In this document: positions 50,062 through 59,242 of the stretch, piece by piece | Numbering within the stretch: position 1 is the stretch's first letter | Layout: each line of letters starts with the position of its first letter | Origin: a virus | Length of the DNA: 64,000 bases | Direction: 5' to 3' (one strand) | IMG/VR virus record: IMGVR_UViG_3300021425_003021 | Span: 32,001-96,000 of that record | Notes under the pieces: generated by a model | What the model was told of the DNA's origin: nothing | Seen by the model: only the letters and a program-made list of their open reading frames with translations | Database searches by the model: none | Program-made: the position numbers and the translations under genes

Positions 50062-50724
50062 ATGCACTATAAAGAATACGAAGATGTTATACCTCTTGAA
50101 ATAAGAAAAGAAATTTTAAATTTTTTTTATGAAAACCAAAATCTTGTTGTGAATTCTAATTACATGGAAAAGATAAACAATCCGTGGAAATTTGAAGTAG
50201 TGCAACAACTCGAAAGTATATTGACTGAATTTAAAATAGACACTTCTTATAACCTAGGTGATAATATTTACAAGCATTCGTATGCATATTTTCCACATAC
50301 TGATACAGATAGAATTCACGATACAATAAATGTTCTAATACCATTATTTGTAGAAGGCGATAACTATCAACCTTTTGTAGTTTTTGATCAATGGTGTAGC
50401 GATAAACAAGCTAGAACTTGGATGATAGACGATGATAGCGATACAGAGTTTCATAAAAACAAAAGTATAAGAACATCAATAAGCAATGATATTACTGTAC
50501 AAGGATGTACCGATTGTGAAATAGACGATAATTTTTATTACACATATTTAGAAAATAATTTTCGTCCAAAAGAATTGTTTTTCGGATTAACCGGTCACGC
50601 TTTAAATTATAAACCTGGAAACTTACTAATTTTCAATAGTAAGTATATACACGCAACAGGAAAAATGTTAGCAAAATATAAAATTGGTTTATCTTTAAAA
50701 TTTAAAGGAAAGATAAACAAATAA
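50062..50724 (+). CDS. 2OG-Fe(II) oxygenase-like cupin, paralog of 46858..47535
   Basis: GDNIYKH...FPHTD...NVLIPL...KPGNL.IF.SK.IHATGKM. Confidence 0.7.
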   Translation: MHYKEYEDVIPLEIRKEILNFFYENQNLVVNSNYMEKINNPWKFEVVQQLESILTEFKIDTSYNLGDNIYKHSYAYFPHTDTDRIHDTINVLIPLFVEGDNYQPFVVFDQWCSDKQARTWMIDDDSDTEFHKNKSIRTSISNDITVQGCTDCEIDDNFYYTYLENNFRPKELFFGLTGHALNYKPGNLLIFNSKYIHATGKMLAKYKIGLSLKFKGKINK

Positions 50725-51272
50725 TGCAGTTTTTTAAAGAAATAAAAGAAATTGATCATGAATTAATAGCAAAAGAATGCAATAATATTATTGATCAAGT
50801 GGGATGGGATAATTGTCAAATTTGTTTACAATATTCTTCTGAAATATCTTGGCATAACGATGTAGATGCATATGGCAAAACTAGAATAGAACACGAATGC
50901 ATTAACTTTCATCCTGAATTAGAAGGTACCTATTTAAAACAAGTCTTAACATCTTTAGACTTTACTGTAGCAAGTGCAAGACTTATGTTTTTACATGAAC
51001 GCAGTTGTTATAGCACACACGTTGATTTGTACACCAGATATCATATTCCTATAGTAAATAATTCTAGATTATCTTTTATGGTGTTTCCTGATATTCCATT
51101 TGTTGCCTATATGCCCAAAGGAAAAGTATATTGGACAGATACGCATCAATTGCATAATTTTGTAAATGGTGACCACGAACCACGAATACATCTTATTTTT
51201 AATAATGCTAACGAAAGAGAAAATTATAGTAATCCGTATTTGAAGGAATTACACGGTGATAGATTCGAATAA
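50724..51272 (+). CDS. AspH-like 2OG oxygenase
   Basis: RLM...THVD...RYHIP...HNFVN...RIHLI. Confidence 0.75.
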   Translation: MQFFKEIKEIDHELIAKECNNIIDQVGWDNCQICLQYSSEISWHNDVDAYGKTRIEHECINFHPELEGTYLKQVLTSLDFTVASARLMFLHERSCYSTHVDLYTRYHIPIVNNSRLSFMVFPDIPFVAYMPKGKVYWTDTHQLHNFVNGDHEPRIHLIFNNANERENYSNPYLKELHGDRFE

Positions 51273-51747
51273 ACAGCACACTGGATTTTGTTATTTTAAC
51301 AGTGATACAGCAGTAAAAGAAAGTCCTGTCCACGGGTTATGTCGTTATGCTACAAAACAAATTAAAAAAGATGATATTGTCTTTGTAATAGGAGGTATTG
51401 CTAGACGTCCTAGCGAGCATGGATGGTATAAAGGATTACTAATAGATCAAGATCTTGTTATTGATTTACCACAGGGAAGTGAGTATGAAGCATTTATAAA
51501 TCACAGTTGTGATCCAAATTTGTATATTGATGGTCAAGTAGTTTTTAGAGCTTTGAGAAATATAGATCAAGAAGAATTTGTAACAGTTGATTATGGTACA
51601 TTTATGCTTACTAAGACAGATTACATTCCTGAATGTAAATGTGGTAGTAATAATTGCCGAGGAAAGGTAACAGGTGAAGATTACAAGTTTTTAGAATTGC
51701 CATTAAGTTGGTATGCACAAAAAAGGAAAAATAATGAATTTATATGA
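51256..51747 (+). CDS. SET-domain lysine methyltransferase with post-SET motif
   Basis: SPVHG, FINHSCDPN, EE.TVDY, CKCGSNNCRG. Confidence 0.9.
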   Translation: MIDSNKQHTGFCYFNSDTAVKESPVHGLCRYATKQIKKDDIVFVIGGIARRPSEHGWYKGLLIDQDLVIDLPQGSEYEAFINHSCDPNLYIDGQVVFRALRNIDQEEFVTVDYGTFMLTKTDYIPECKCGSNNCRGKVTGEDYKFLELPLSWYAQKRKNNEFI

Positions 51748-52180
51748 GATAGCAGATTTTTTACCAACTATTCCTAAAAATTTAGTAATTACAGATATAG
51801 ATGAATTGTATAAAAGACCTAATGCGTTTGATGATAGCGGTGAATGGGATTGGTGGTATTTCACAACCAAAGTTGATGATGTACTACATAACTTCTTGCA
51901 ACCTTATTTTGATTTTCCTATAGAAGTATATTATCAACTTTCAGGAAGACAACTAACTCCTCATATTGATCAAGGTAGAACATTTTGTTATAATTATACG
52001 CTATTACCCGGCGGCCTTGATGTAAAAACTAGATGGTATGATCAAAAAATGGAAAATATAATTTATCAAGTTACTGCACCTTTGCAAACATGGCATAGAT
52101 TGCAAGTAGATGTGCCCCACGATATAAGCGAAATTGAATCTCACAGATTAAGTTTAACAATACAGGCAGTAAAACAATGA
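51734..52180 (+). CDS. 2OG-Fe(II) oxygenase-like cupin
   Basis: PHIDQGR...W..L.VDVPH.I...RLSL. Confidence 0.65.
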   Translation: MNLYEIADFLPTIPKNLVITDIDELYKRPNAFDDSGEWDWWYFTTKVDDVLHNFLQPYFDFPIEVYYQLSGRQLTPHIDQGRTFCYNYTLLPGGLDVKTRWYDQKMENIIYQVTAPLQTWHRLQVDVPHDISEIESHRLSLTIQAVKQ

Positions 52181-52740
52181 AAATTTTAACCACAGGTAAT
52201 CCTAATTATGGATTAGCAAGTGCTATAAAAAATACCAGTTATGCAAGTAGGTCTAATGGGTACGATTTATCAACTGATCAAGGAATGATAAAATTTTGTC
52301 ACGTTGCAATTCACTATGATGTAATAATACTAAATTGTTACACAGAAAAAATGAATAATTATAGTCAAGTTAGATTATTACATATGTTGTATGAATTATT
52401 TGAAGCTAGTAAAAAGACTGTACACTTTATATGTATTGGAAGTATAAGTGATCATTTAAACAAAGATCAACCTTGGTTAAAATATATTAGCTATGGTGCC
52501 GAAAAATTAGCATTACAACGATTGTGCGAAACTATAAATCATAACAGAGAAGAAATCACACCAAATATAAAATGTACATATGTAAGTTTAGGACATATGC
52601 ATACTCCTTTAGTAGACAGATATCATCCTGAAGAAATAAAATTAAATACAGAATACGTTGCAGACGTTATAGAATGGATTATCGATGCGCCAGAATGTAT
52701 TGAAAGTATCACCTTAACAAAGGATAAAACCAATGGATGA
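52177..52740 (+). CDS. Short SDR-family oxidoreductase
   Basis: TTGN..YGLA, DVIILN, ICIGS, YGAEK. Confidence 0.75.
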   Translation: MKILTTGNPNYGLASAIKNTSYASRSNGYDLSTDQGMIKFCHVAIHYDVIILNCYTEKMNNYSQVRLLHMLYELFEASKKTVHFICIGSISDHLNKDQPWLKYISYGAEKLALQRLCETINHNREEITPNIKCTYVSLGHMHTPLVDRYHPEEIKLNTEYVADVIEWIIDAPECIESITLTKDKTNG

Positions 52741-53494
52741 TTATATTGTTACTGTTGATATCGAATACAATAAAGAATATTTATTTGAGTGTTGTCAAAG
52801 CATCAAGCATTGGCCTTTGTACTCAAATGACAGAGGTAAAACTTTATTCAGTGAACACAAAGATGTAGTATTTCCTTTAAACGTAGAAGCAATTAAAATA
52901 AAAAATAAATTATTACATACAAGCACATATAGTTTTAGTTATATACCGCCAGGACACGAAACAGGATGGCACAGTGACTTTACTAGAGGTGCTACATTAA
53001 TTTTTCCAATAGATCCTAACCCGCATTTGATAAAATTCAAAATTGGCAGTAAAGAAGTAGATTACTATTACAGCACACCAGTTATAACAAATGCTGATAG
53101 TATACATAACGGTGTAAATTATACCAACGAACCTAGATACAATTTGTTGTTTCATATTGATAGACCTTATGCAGAAATAATAGATATAATTAATAATAAT
53201 GATTTAATATCTAAATGGAAACAAGATTACAACATTGGACAACATTATGATAATGATATGGTACACAAGTTTTTTGACACCCACAGTGATTTAGGCAATG
53301 CTGCTATAATTATTACTGACAACGTTTATATTGCAGATACGCATAAGGACAAATTTGTAATTTTTATTGGCAATAATGAAAATTACACTTGTATCGATTT
53401 AAAACAAAATGTCAAAGATAAAGATATTGTAAATGCAATAAAATATATTTTAGATAGCACTTGTAATATTAAAAAAATGGTATTAGGAATATGA
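52733..53494 (+). CDS. 2OG oxygenase-like cupin with C-terminal extra domain
   Basis: WHSD...IHNGVN...RYNL in the first ~150 aa; ~90 aa extension. Confidence 0.65.
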   Translation: MDDYIVTVDIEYNKEYLFECCQSIKHWPLYSNDRGKTLFSEHKDVVFPLNVEAIKIKNKLLHTSTYSFSYIPPGHETGWHSDFTRGATLIFPIDPNPHLIKFKIGSKEVDYYYSTPVITNADSIHNGVNYTNEPRYNLLFHIDRPYAEIIDIINNNDLISKWKQDYNIGQHYDNDMVHKFFDTHSDLGNAAIIITDNVYIADTHKDKFVIFIGNNENYTCIDLKQNVKDKDIVNAIKYILDSTCNIKKMVLGI

Positions 53495-54033
53495 ACAATT
53501 ATATTTTCTTAAAAGATTTATATATCGATCATAATGAGATTAAAAATGTTGTTGATGACAAATCTGGATGGATTGAAATTGCACCTGAAGAGGAAAACAG
53601 AGGCTATGTACAATATTATAAACAATATGAACCCCAATGGTTAAAAGATCAATTATTACCAATCTGGAGTTATATGGGATTATTGATTGCCTGTAGAGCA
53701 GGGGAGTATTTGCCTCCTCACGTTGACAATGGCAGAGCTTGTGGAATTTTAATTCCTTGCAGTGAAAGTTATCAAGATAACACACTTGATTTTTGGCATA
53801 TGCCAGACTGGGAAGGGGCTGAAGGCGATTGGCAAGATTGGAAACAAAAACATAATGGTCATATTGTTGAAAGTGTAATTTATAAAGATCCTATTCTGTT
53901 TAAAAATATTCCTCACGGAGTAGATAACAGAAATAGCAAACATCCTAGAATAAATTTAAGTGTATGTTTTATGCCTCCTTACAACTTTGATGTAGTAAAA
54001 GATTTATATGATAAAGGAATCTTAATTGTATAA
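53491..54033 (+). CDS. 2OG-Fe(II) oxygenase-like cupin
   Basis: PPHVD.GR...LIP...PHGVDN...RINL. Confidence 0.7.
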   Translation: MNNYIFLKDLYIDHNEIKNVVDDKSGWIEIAPEEENRGYVQYYKQYEPQWLKDQLLPIWSYMGLLIACRAGEYLPPHVDNGRACGILIPCSESYQDNTLDFWHMPDWEGAEGDWQDWKQKHNGHIVESVIYKDPILFKNIPHGVDNRNSKHPRINLSVCFMPPYNFDVVKDLYDKGILIV

Positions 54034-54784
54034 ATTATTAAATGGTCCTCTTGCTGAAAATGATAATCGCTGCTTACTTCCTGAATTTCTAAGTATTCAA
54101 GAAAAAACTGATTATGAAAAAAATAAAAAACAATTAGGACCACAATGGCATTATTATGACAAGGAGCTTTCTTATAAATTAAATTCTAACTTTTATAGAG
54201 ATGATGAATGGAATAACATAGATTGGAAAGAATCTATTGTAGTTTTTGGTTGTAGCCATGTATTTGGAGAAGGATTACCCGTTGAAGAAACTATTTGTCG
54301 CCAATTGCAAAATATAGTAGAAAGACCTGTAATAAATCTTGGACAAAGTGGAACTAGCACTATCTTTAGTTGGCATAATAGTATCAGGCTTTTTGAAAAT
54401 TTTGGTATTCCGCATACTGTTATACAATTATGGACAGATTACGGTAGATTATTATATTACACTGATGATAAAATTAATCGTTTAGGATCTTGGTCTGGCA
54501 GTCATTGGGATAATTACAACAATGATATGAAAGCTTTATATAAAATATGGAATAAAAATCTTGTTCATTCGCAACAATTTTTTAAATTTGAAGCATTAGC
54601 TTGTGAAAACTTTTGGAGCTCTAAAACAAATTATTATCAAGCAAGTTATTTTGAAGAAACTGCAAATCTTTTACATTGTGACTTTTTTCCTAAATTAGAC
54701 GTTGCAAGAGATTTTATACATTTTGGAAAATTGACACACAAAAATGCAGCAAAGGTTATAAATGAAAATTGCAATTTACGGTGA
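54026..54784 (+). CDS. SGNH-like protein
   Basis: VFGCSHVFG, INLG.SG, C-terminal ARDFIH (DxxH). Confidence 0.65.
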   Translation: MYKLLNGPLAENDNRCLLPEFLSIQEKTDYEKNKKQLGPQWHYYDKELSYKLNSNFYRDDEWNNIDWKESIVVFGCSHVFGEGLPVEETICRQLQNIVERPVINLGQSGTSTIFSWHNSIRLFENFGIPHTVIQLWTDYGRLLYYTDDKINRLGSWSGSHWDNYNNDMKALYKIWNKNLVHSQQFFKFEALACENFWSSKTNYYQASYFEETANLLHCDFFPKLDVARDFIHFGKLTHKNAAKVINENCNLR

Positions 54785-55445
54785 TAGTTTTGGTGCTAAT
54801 CCAATAGGGGTAAAAGATTATTCGTTGTATCCTTATATTGGAAAAAGTTGGTGGGAATTGCTTTCTGAAAAATATGACATAACAAACTTTTGTGAATGGA
54901 GTGCTAGTCTTTTATTTTCTGCAGAACAGTTTACAAGAACACACGAGAAATTTGATAAAGTTATTTTTTTAGTAACACATCCTAGAAGAATAACAATAAA
55001 AGATAATAACAATAATAGACACTTTGTAAATTATGAGTACAGCACATTTTGGAAAGAAGATGCTGAAAAACAAGGATGGAATGATGTATTAAATGCTGCT
55101 TTATATTATTACAAGTATATCGAAAATTCTAACTATTCAAATTTTCAACACATTGCATATCTTAATTACATAAAAAATTTACGTAAAGATGTTTTGTATA
55201 TTCCTAGTTTTAAAGACAGTTTTGATAATAATTTTTGTTTGTGTGATGTTTTTGACAAAGAACAAAAATATTGGAAAATTGATTATGACGTAGGAAAACT
55301 AGATGTAAGAAAAGGACACTTTACAACCCCAAACCATAAAATTATGTATAACATATTGGATAATTACATAGAATATAATAAATTTGACATAGACTTGTCT
55401 ATGTTTGTTGATCCTGATTTGCCTAAAAGAAAGTATATAAAATGA
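54762..55445 (+). CDS. SGNH-like protein
   Basis: IAIYGDSF, SW..LL, C-terminal R.GH...NH. Confidence 0.6.
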   Translation: MKIAIYGDSFGANPIGVKDYSLYPYIGKSWWELLSEKYDITNFCEWSASLLFSAEQFTRTHEKFDKVIFLVTHPRRITIKDNNNNRHFVNYEYSTFWKEDAEKQGWNDVLNAALYYYKYIENSNYSNFQHIAYLNYIKNLRKDVLYIPSFKDSFDNNFCLCDVFDKEQKYWKIDYDVGKLDVRKGHFTTPNHKIMYNILDNYIEYNKFDIDLSMFVDPDLPKRKYIK

Positions 55446-56278
55446 CTGTCTACAGTTTTTGTCCTAAACCAATAAAAGACGAATTAAAAAAAATTAATCT
55501 TATTAACAAAGGATCTAGTACAGACATTTCTTTATATAAAAAACATTGGATATCTTGGATAAAAAATTTTAGTGGCTGCGAAAATAAAAAAGAATGGGCA
55601 ATGTGTAATGGTATACACGAAGCACTAACGCATCAATGTGCTCATGTACACAGTAAATATGATCAATTTTATTATTTTGATACAGATTATAAATTTTATT
55701 ACAGTATACTAGATCCATATAAGAATTATTGTATATCTCCAACTGATATAGATAATATTTTGCCAAATAGTTACATATTGGTAAGTCAACCAAATCACGA
55801 AGGCGGCATTACTGATTGGTTTGATGATTTAATAAATCATTGTTTAACTAATAATTGTAAAATATTTTTAGATTGTGCTTTTTATGGATGCACACTTGAT
55901 ACTTTAGATACTAGTTTATGTGTATTTGATGCTGTTGCATTTAGTTTAAGCAAAAATTTTTTAATGGCAGGTTTTAGAGCAGGTATTATATTTTCTGATA
56001 GCTTACCACAAACTCTAACTTTACCTATAGGGCAATACTATAGTTACAATTATTTTAACACAACAGCATCAGAAGTTGTAAAAACAATACTTCCTAAGTT
56101 TCATGCAACATATATTACAGAAATAGCAAAACCCTTACAAGAAAAATATTGTAATGAAAACAATTTAGTACCTGCTGATATTTGGATGTGGGCTTTTAAC
56201 AGTGAAGGTGAAAAAATTTGTATAACAGACTATATTGAGGATTCTATAGAACAGCAGCTCTTACTGAATCGTCTATAG
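55442..56278 (+). CDS. PLP-dependent aminotransferase-like (fold type I) enzyme, compact
   Basis: NG..E, S.P, LDCAFY, FSLSK.F...GFRAG (PLP lysine). Confidence 0.75.
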   Translation: MTVYSFCPKPIKDELKKINLINKGSSTDISLYKKHWISWIKNFSGCENKKEWAMCNGIHEALTHQCAHVHSKYDQFYYFDTDYKFYYSILDPYKNYCISPTDIDNILPNSYILVSQPNHEGGITDWFDDLINHCLTNNCKIFLDCAFYGCTLDTLDTSLCVFDAVAFSLSKNFLMAGFRAGIIFSDSLPQTLTLPIGQYYSYNYFNTTASEVVKTILPKFHATYITEIAKPLQEKYCNENNLVPADIWMWAFNSEGEKICITDYIEDSIEQQLLLNRL

Positions 56279-56903
56279 TGCCATTGTGCATAAAATACAA
56301 AATAGTTTTGTAGTCTGGTCGCCATACATAATTTTCATCTAGTATGTTTGCATACACATATTGTAAAAAATCAGATTTTTCACTGACTTTAAAAATCATA
56401 TCCGGCTGTAATTTAAATGCACGGTAAGTATCGGTCATAAAATATGGAACAGATTCGCCTCGCATACCCATACGTTTTTTACCTTGATACATTGCATTAA
56501 GTGCTTTGTTATCAACATTATGTGTCCAATACAGTACTTTAAGTCCATTGTCTTTTGCCCATTGTACCTGGTTGGGCAACATTCTAAAACCGGCATTACT
56601 ATGTCTAAACTTTTTTAAAATATGATATCTACAAATACGTCCTGCAATTTCTGGGTCTCCTGTATAATGACTACGTTCAACTACACTTACACTTGCAAGT
56701 TCTTCTCCTACAAATGTCATCCAAGTTTGCCCGTCTACTGTATCAGGATCGTATTTGTCACCAGCAAGTGCTTCGTTGCCTTCGCGTTTAGCCAGCATTC
56801 TAAATTTTTCAATTAAATCTCTATTAGATGGATTGTATTCTCTAACACTTATGTTTTCGTACACTTTGATTTCCAAGTTTGCATCTGTTTCTACATTTGA
56901 CAT
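56244..56903 (-). CDS. GNAT family N-acyltransferase
   Basis: RICRYHILKKFRH..AG...WAK.NG...N.ALNAMY GNAT motif A/B pattern. Confidence 0.65.
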   Translation of the reverse strand: MSNVETDANLEIKVYENISVREYNPSNRDLIEKFRMLAKREGNEALAGDKYDPDTVDGQTWMTFVGEELASVSVVERSHYTGDPEIAGRICRYHILKKFRHSNAGFRMLPNQVQWAKDNGLKVLYWTHNVDNKALNAMYQGKKRMGMRGESVPYFMTDTYRAFKLQPDMIFKVSEKSDFLQYVYANILDENYVWRPDYKTILYFMHNGTIDDSVRAAVL

Positions 56904-56919
56904 ACGTCATAATAGCATA

Positions 56920-56944
56920 TATTTAACAAAACGTCAACTAAATA
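56920..56944. promoter_or_regulatory. Divergent late-like boxes
   Basis: Minus-strand TTAAATA 56920-56926 upstream of the GNAT; plus-strand CTAAATA 56938-56944 followed by tctt-ATG(56949). Confidence 0.55.
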
Positions 56945-56948
56945 TCTT

Positions 56949-58010
56949 ATGAATTATCCTATACCTGATACTATATTAGCCGATGGTTTAAGTTATAACC
57001 GAGATTGGCTAGACAGTTTGGAATTTTTAAAAAAATATGTTTGTAAATCTATTAATGATTTTTGGGAACACCAAGGAGATATCTTTTGTGAATTATCATC
57101 CTGCGAATTAAAAAAAGTTAAAGAAACAAAGTTAATTTTAGATTGCAGTTGGATTAGTTTTGGCATAGAAAAAATGTATGAACTAATTCATAACGATTGT
57201 ATAAAATATGAAGTGCCTGAAGTTAATATTGTACTTTTAACAGCGAACTTAAACAAAGAATACGAAAATTATAATAATTGGTTTTCAAATAGTATGTATA
57301 AAAACAAAATAAAAACTTTTCCATTTCCTGTTTTTATTCAAATGGCTCAATCTATTAATAGCAGTGTAGTTGTATCGAATGTAAAATATAATAAATTTGC
57401 AACATTTAGTAGATTTCCAAGAGAGCATCGTAATGTTATGAACTATGAACTAGTTTCTAAACAATATCCGGTAGATATGAGTCAATCTAAAATTAACGAT
57501 GAGATTATGCAACAACAATGTAAAAAATACAATGTAAACTACACACATAATGTTCTCGATAAAGATTTTGTAATGGATAAAACAGATTTTGCAAATCATC
57601 ATGAAGCAATAAAATGGACAGAAAGTTCGAGTAATTTTTTATCCGACTATAAATTTATTTTAGTACAAGATACTAGTATTGACGACTTTGGTTTTTATAT
57701 AACAGAAAAGGTATGGAAAAGTATGTTGTATGAGCGTCCTATAATAATTTGGGGACAACCTGGTGTAAATCACTATTTAAAAGAAATGGGATTTAAATTA
57801 TACAATAAATATTTTGATTTAAATTTTGATATTGAAAAAGACCACAGTGTTAGATTGCAACTGCTACTTAAAGAACTAAAAAATGCAAGTAAAAAAATGA
57901 AACAACCAGACTGGATTAATTTAGATACAGACACATTACAATATAATAAAGAATATTTGTTATCTAAAAAATCATTGGACAAATGGATCAAACCGTTAAA
58001 ATTCATTTAA
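56949..58010 (+). CDS. GT10-like/GT-B candidate, paralog family of 28555..29634
   Basis: R.PR.HR, FYITEKVWK, P.II.G.PG...L...GF. Confidence 0.45.
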   Translation: MNYPIPDTILADGLSYNRDWLDSLEFLKKYVCKSINDFWEHQGDIFCELSSCELKKVKETKLILDCSWISFGIEKMYELIHNDCIKYEVPEVNIVLLTANLNKEYENYNNWFSNSMYKNKIKTFPFPVFIQMAQSINSSVVVSNVKYNKFATFSRFPREHRNVMNYELVSKQYPVDMSQSKINDEIMQQQCKKYNVNYTHNVLDKDFVMDKTDFANHHEAIKWTESSSNFLSDYKFILVQDTSIDDFGFYITEKVWKSMLYERPIIIWGQPGVNHYLKEMGFKLYNKYFDLNFDIEKDHSVRLQLLLKELKNASKKMKQPDWINLDTDTLQYNKEYLLSKKSLDKWIKPLKFI

Positions 58011-58634
58011 GTAGTAATTGTACCCTTTCCAAGTACCTATATCAATCATTTTCCCCAATGGCCTAGTTTGGAAATGTTGTTCGTTAAGCCAATCACCTAT
58101 TTCTTTTGTTATTTTATTTTTTAAAGATGTATTTGTGAATTTAATGGTTCCCCAAACAAGATGACTGTTTGCCTGTGTTTTTACAGTCTTAACATTAAAC
58201 TGCCCATTGGGCAAGAGTCTATCTCCTTTTATTTCTTCAGGAATACTATATACTCCACACACCACCTCATCTTTGATAAGTAAATCTTTATAATGTGTTG
58301 CAGTAGTAACAGTATCAGGTAAGCAAAAAATATAATCTTTAGCAGGAAAACTTTGAACTACATCATTAATAAATCTATTGCCGCCATCGCTAGGACCTTT
58401 TTGTTCTAATAAATGACAAAAAAGATCGTTTTGATAATATGCAAGTATGTCCTGTTTGTAGGTACAGCCATGTCCAAAAATAATTTTGTCTACACCTGTA
58501 TTAATTAAATTTTGAACACAGTGATTTATAATAGGATTATAATAATCAAACCCTTTTTGAGGAAGCATTGATTTACTAAACGGAATGTTTAACCTTGTTG
58601 AATTTCCACCGACTGGTACTAAACCTATAATCAT
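57996..58634 (-). CDS. Sugar-phosphate nucleotidyltransferase-like (NTP transferase)
   Basis: PVGGNSTRL...SK.MLP, LPD, C-terminal DIGT. Confidence 0.75.
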   Translation of the reverse strand: MIIGLVPVGGNSTRLNIPFSKSMLPQKGFDYYNPIINHCVQNLINTGVDKIIFGHGCTYKQDILAYYQNDLFCHLLEQKGPSDGGNRFINDVVQSFPAKDYIFCLPDTVTTATHYKDLLIKDEVVCGVYSIPEEIKGDRLLPNGQFNVKTVKTQANSHLVWGTIKFTNTSLKNKITKEIGDWLNEQHFQTRPLGKMIDIGTWKGYNYYLNEF

Positions 58635-59242
58635 AAATTTTCTAAATCGTCTATTCCGTCTAAACTAAACATTAATGCAATACGAGGTTTGTCGCTATTG
58701 TTGTACACAGCGTGTGGATAGCCTATGTTTAAGAAATATGCCTTGCCTGCTTCTAATACATATTCTTCTTCTTTACCATCTCGTCTAAACTTGTTAATAA
58801 CCATATCGTCGCTGTAGATAGGGCATATGCAGCGCACAGCGTACCCTACATCGTAGTCTACATGAAACGGTATCTCTTTACCTGGAGCAAGTTTGGTAAT
58901 GCGTACACGACTTGCAGGCGCTTTACACTGCTCTACAACGGTTCTAATATAACTGTACTTGTAATCATCAGTTGGCACATTATACAAGTGTTCTTCTCTG
59001 CGCTGTAGTCGTTTTTTGATACTTGGTTCATACGGAAGTATTTCACTTGGTTCTGTCAAATTAATTTGTTCAAAATTATCGTAAACACTAGCAACCAGTT
59101 CCATATGATTGTCACACAGCATAGGATTAGCACTTCGAACATCGATAAATTTTTCTGCTAATCTATCGCATTCCATTTGCAAACGAGGCAAATCTATATC
59201 TAAACCTAAATCTGCTATTGTCGGTAATTCATGTTTCTTCAT
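58631..59242 (-). CDS. Asp/Asn beta-hydroxylase-like 2OG oxygenase
   Basis: RVRITKLAPG...FHVD...HAVYN...RIAL; AGGAG SD supports start 59242. Confidence 0.8.
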   Translation of the reverse strand: MKKHELPTIADLGLDIDLPRLQMECDRLAEKFIDVRSANPMLCDNHMELVASVYDNFEQINLTEPSEILPYEPSIKKRLQRREEHLYNVPTDDYKYSYIRTVVEQCKAPASRVRITKLAPGKEIPFHVDYDVGYAVRCICPIYSDDMVINKFRRDGKEEEYVLEAGKAYFLNIGYPHAVYNNSDKPRIALMFSLDGIDDLENL

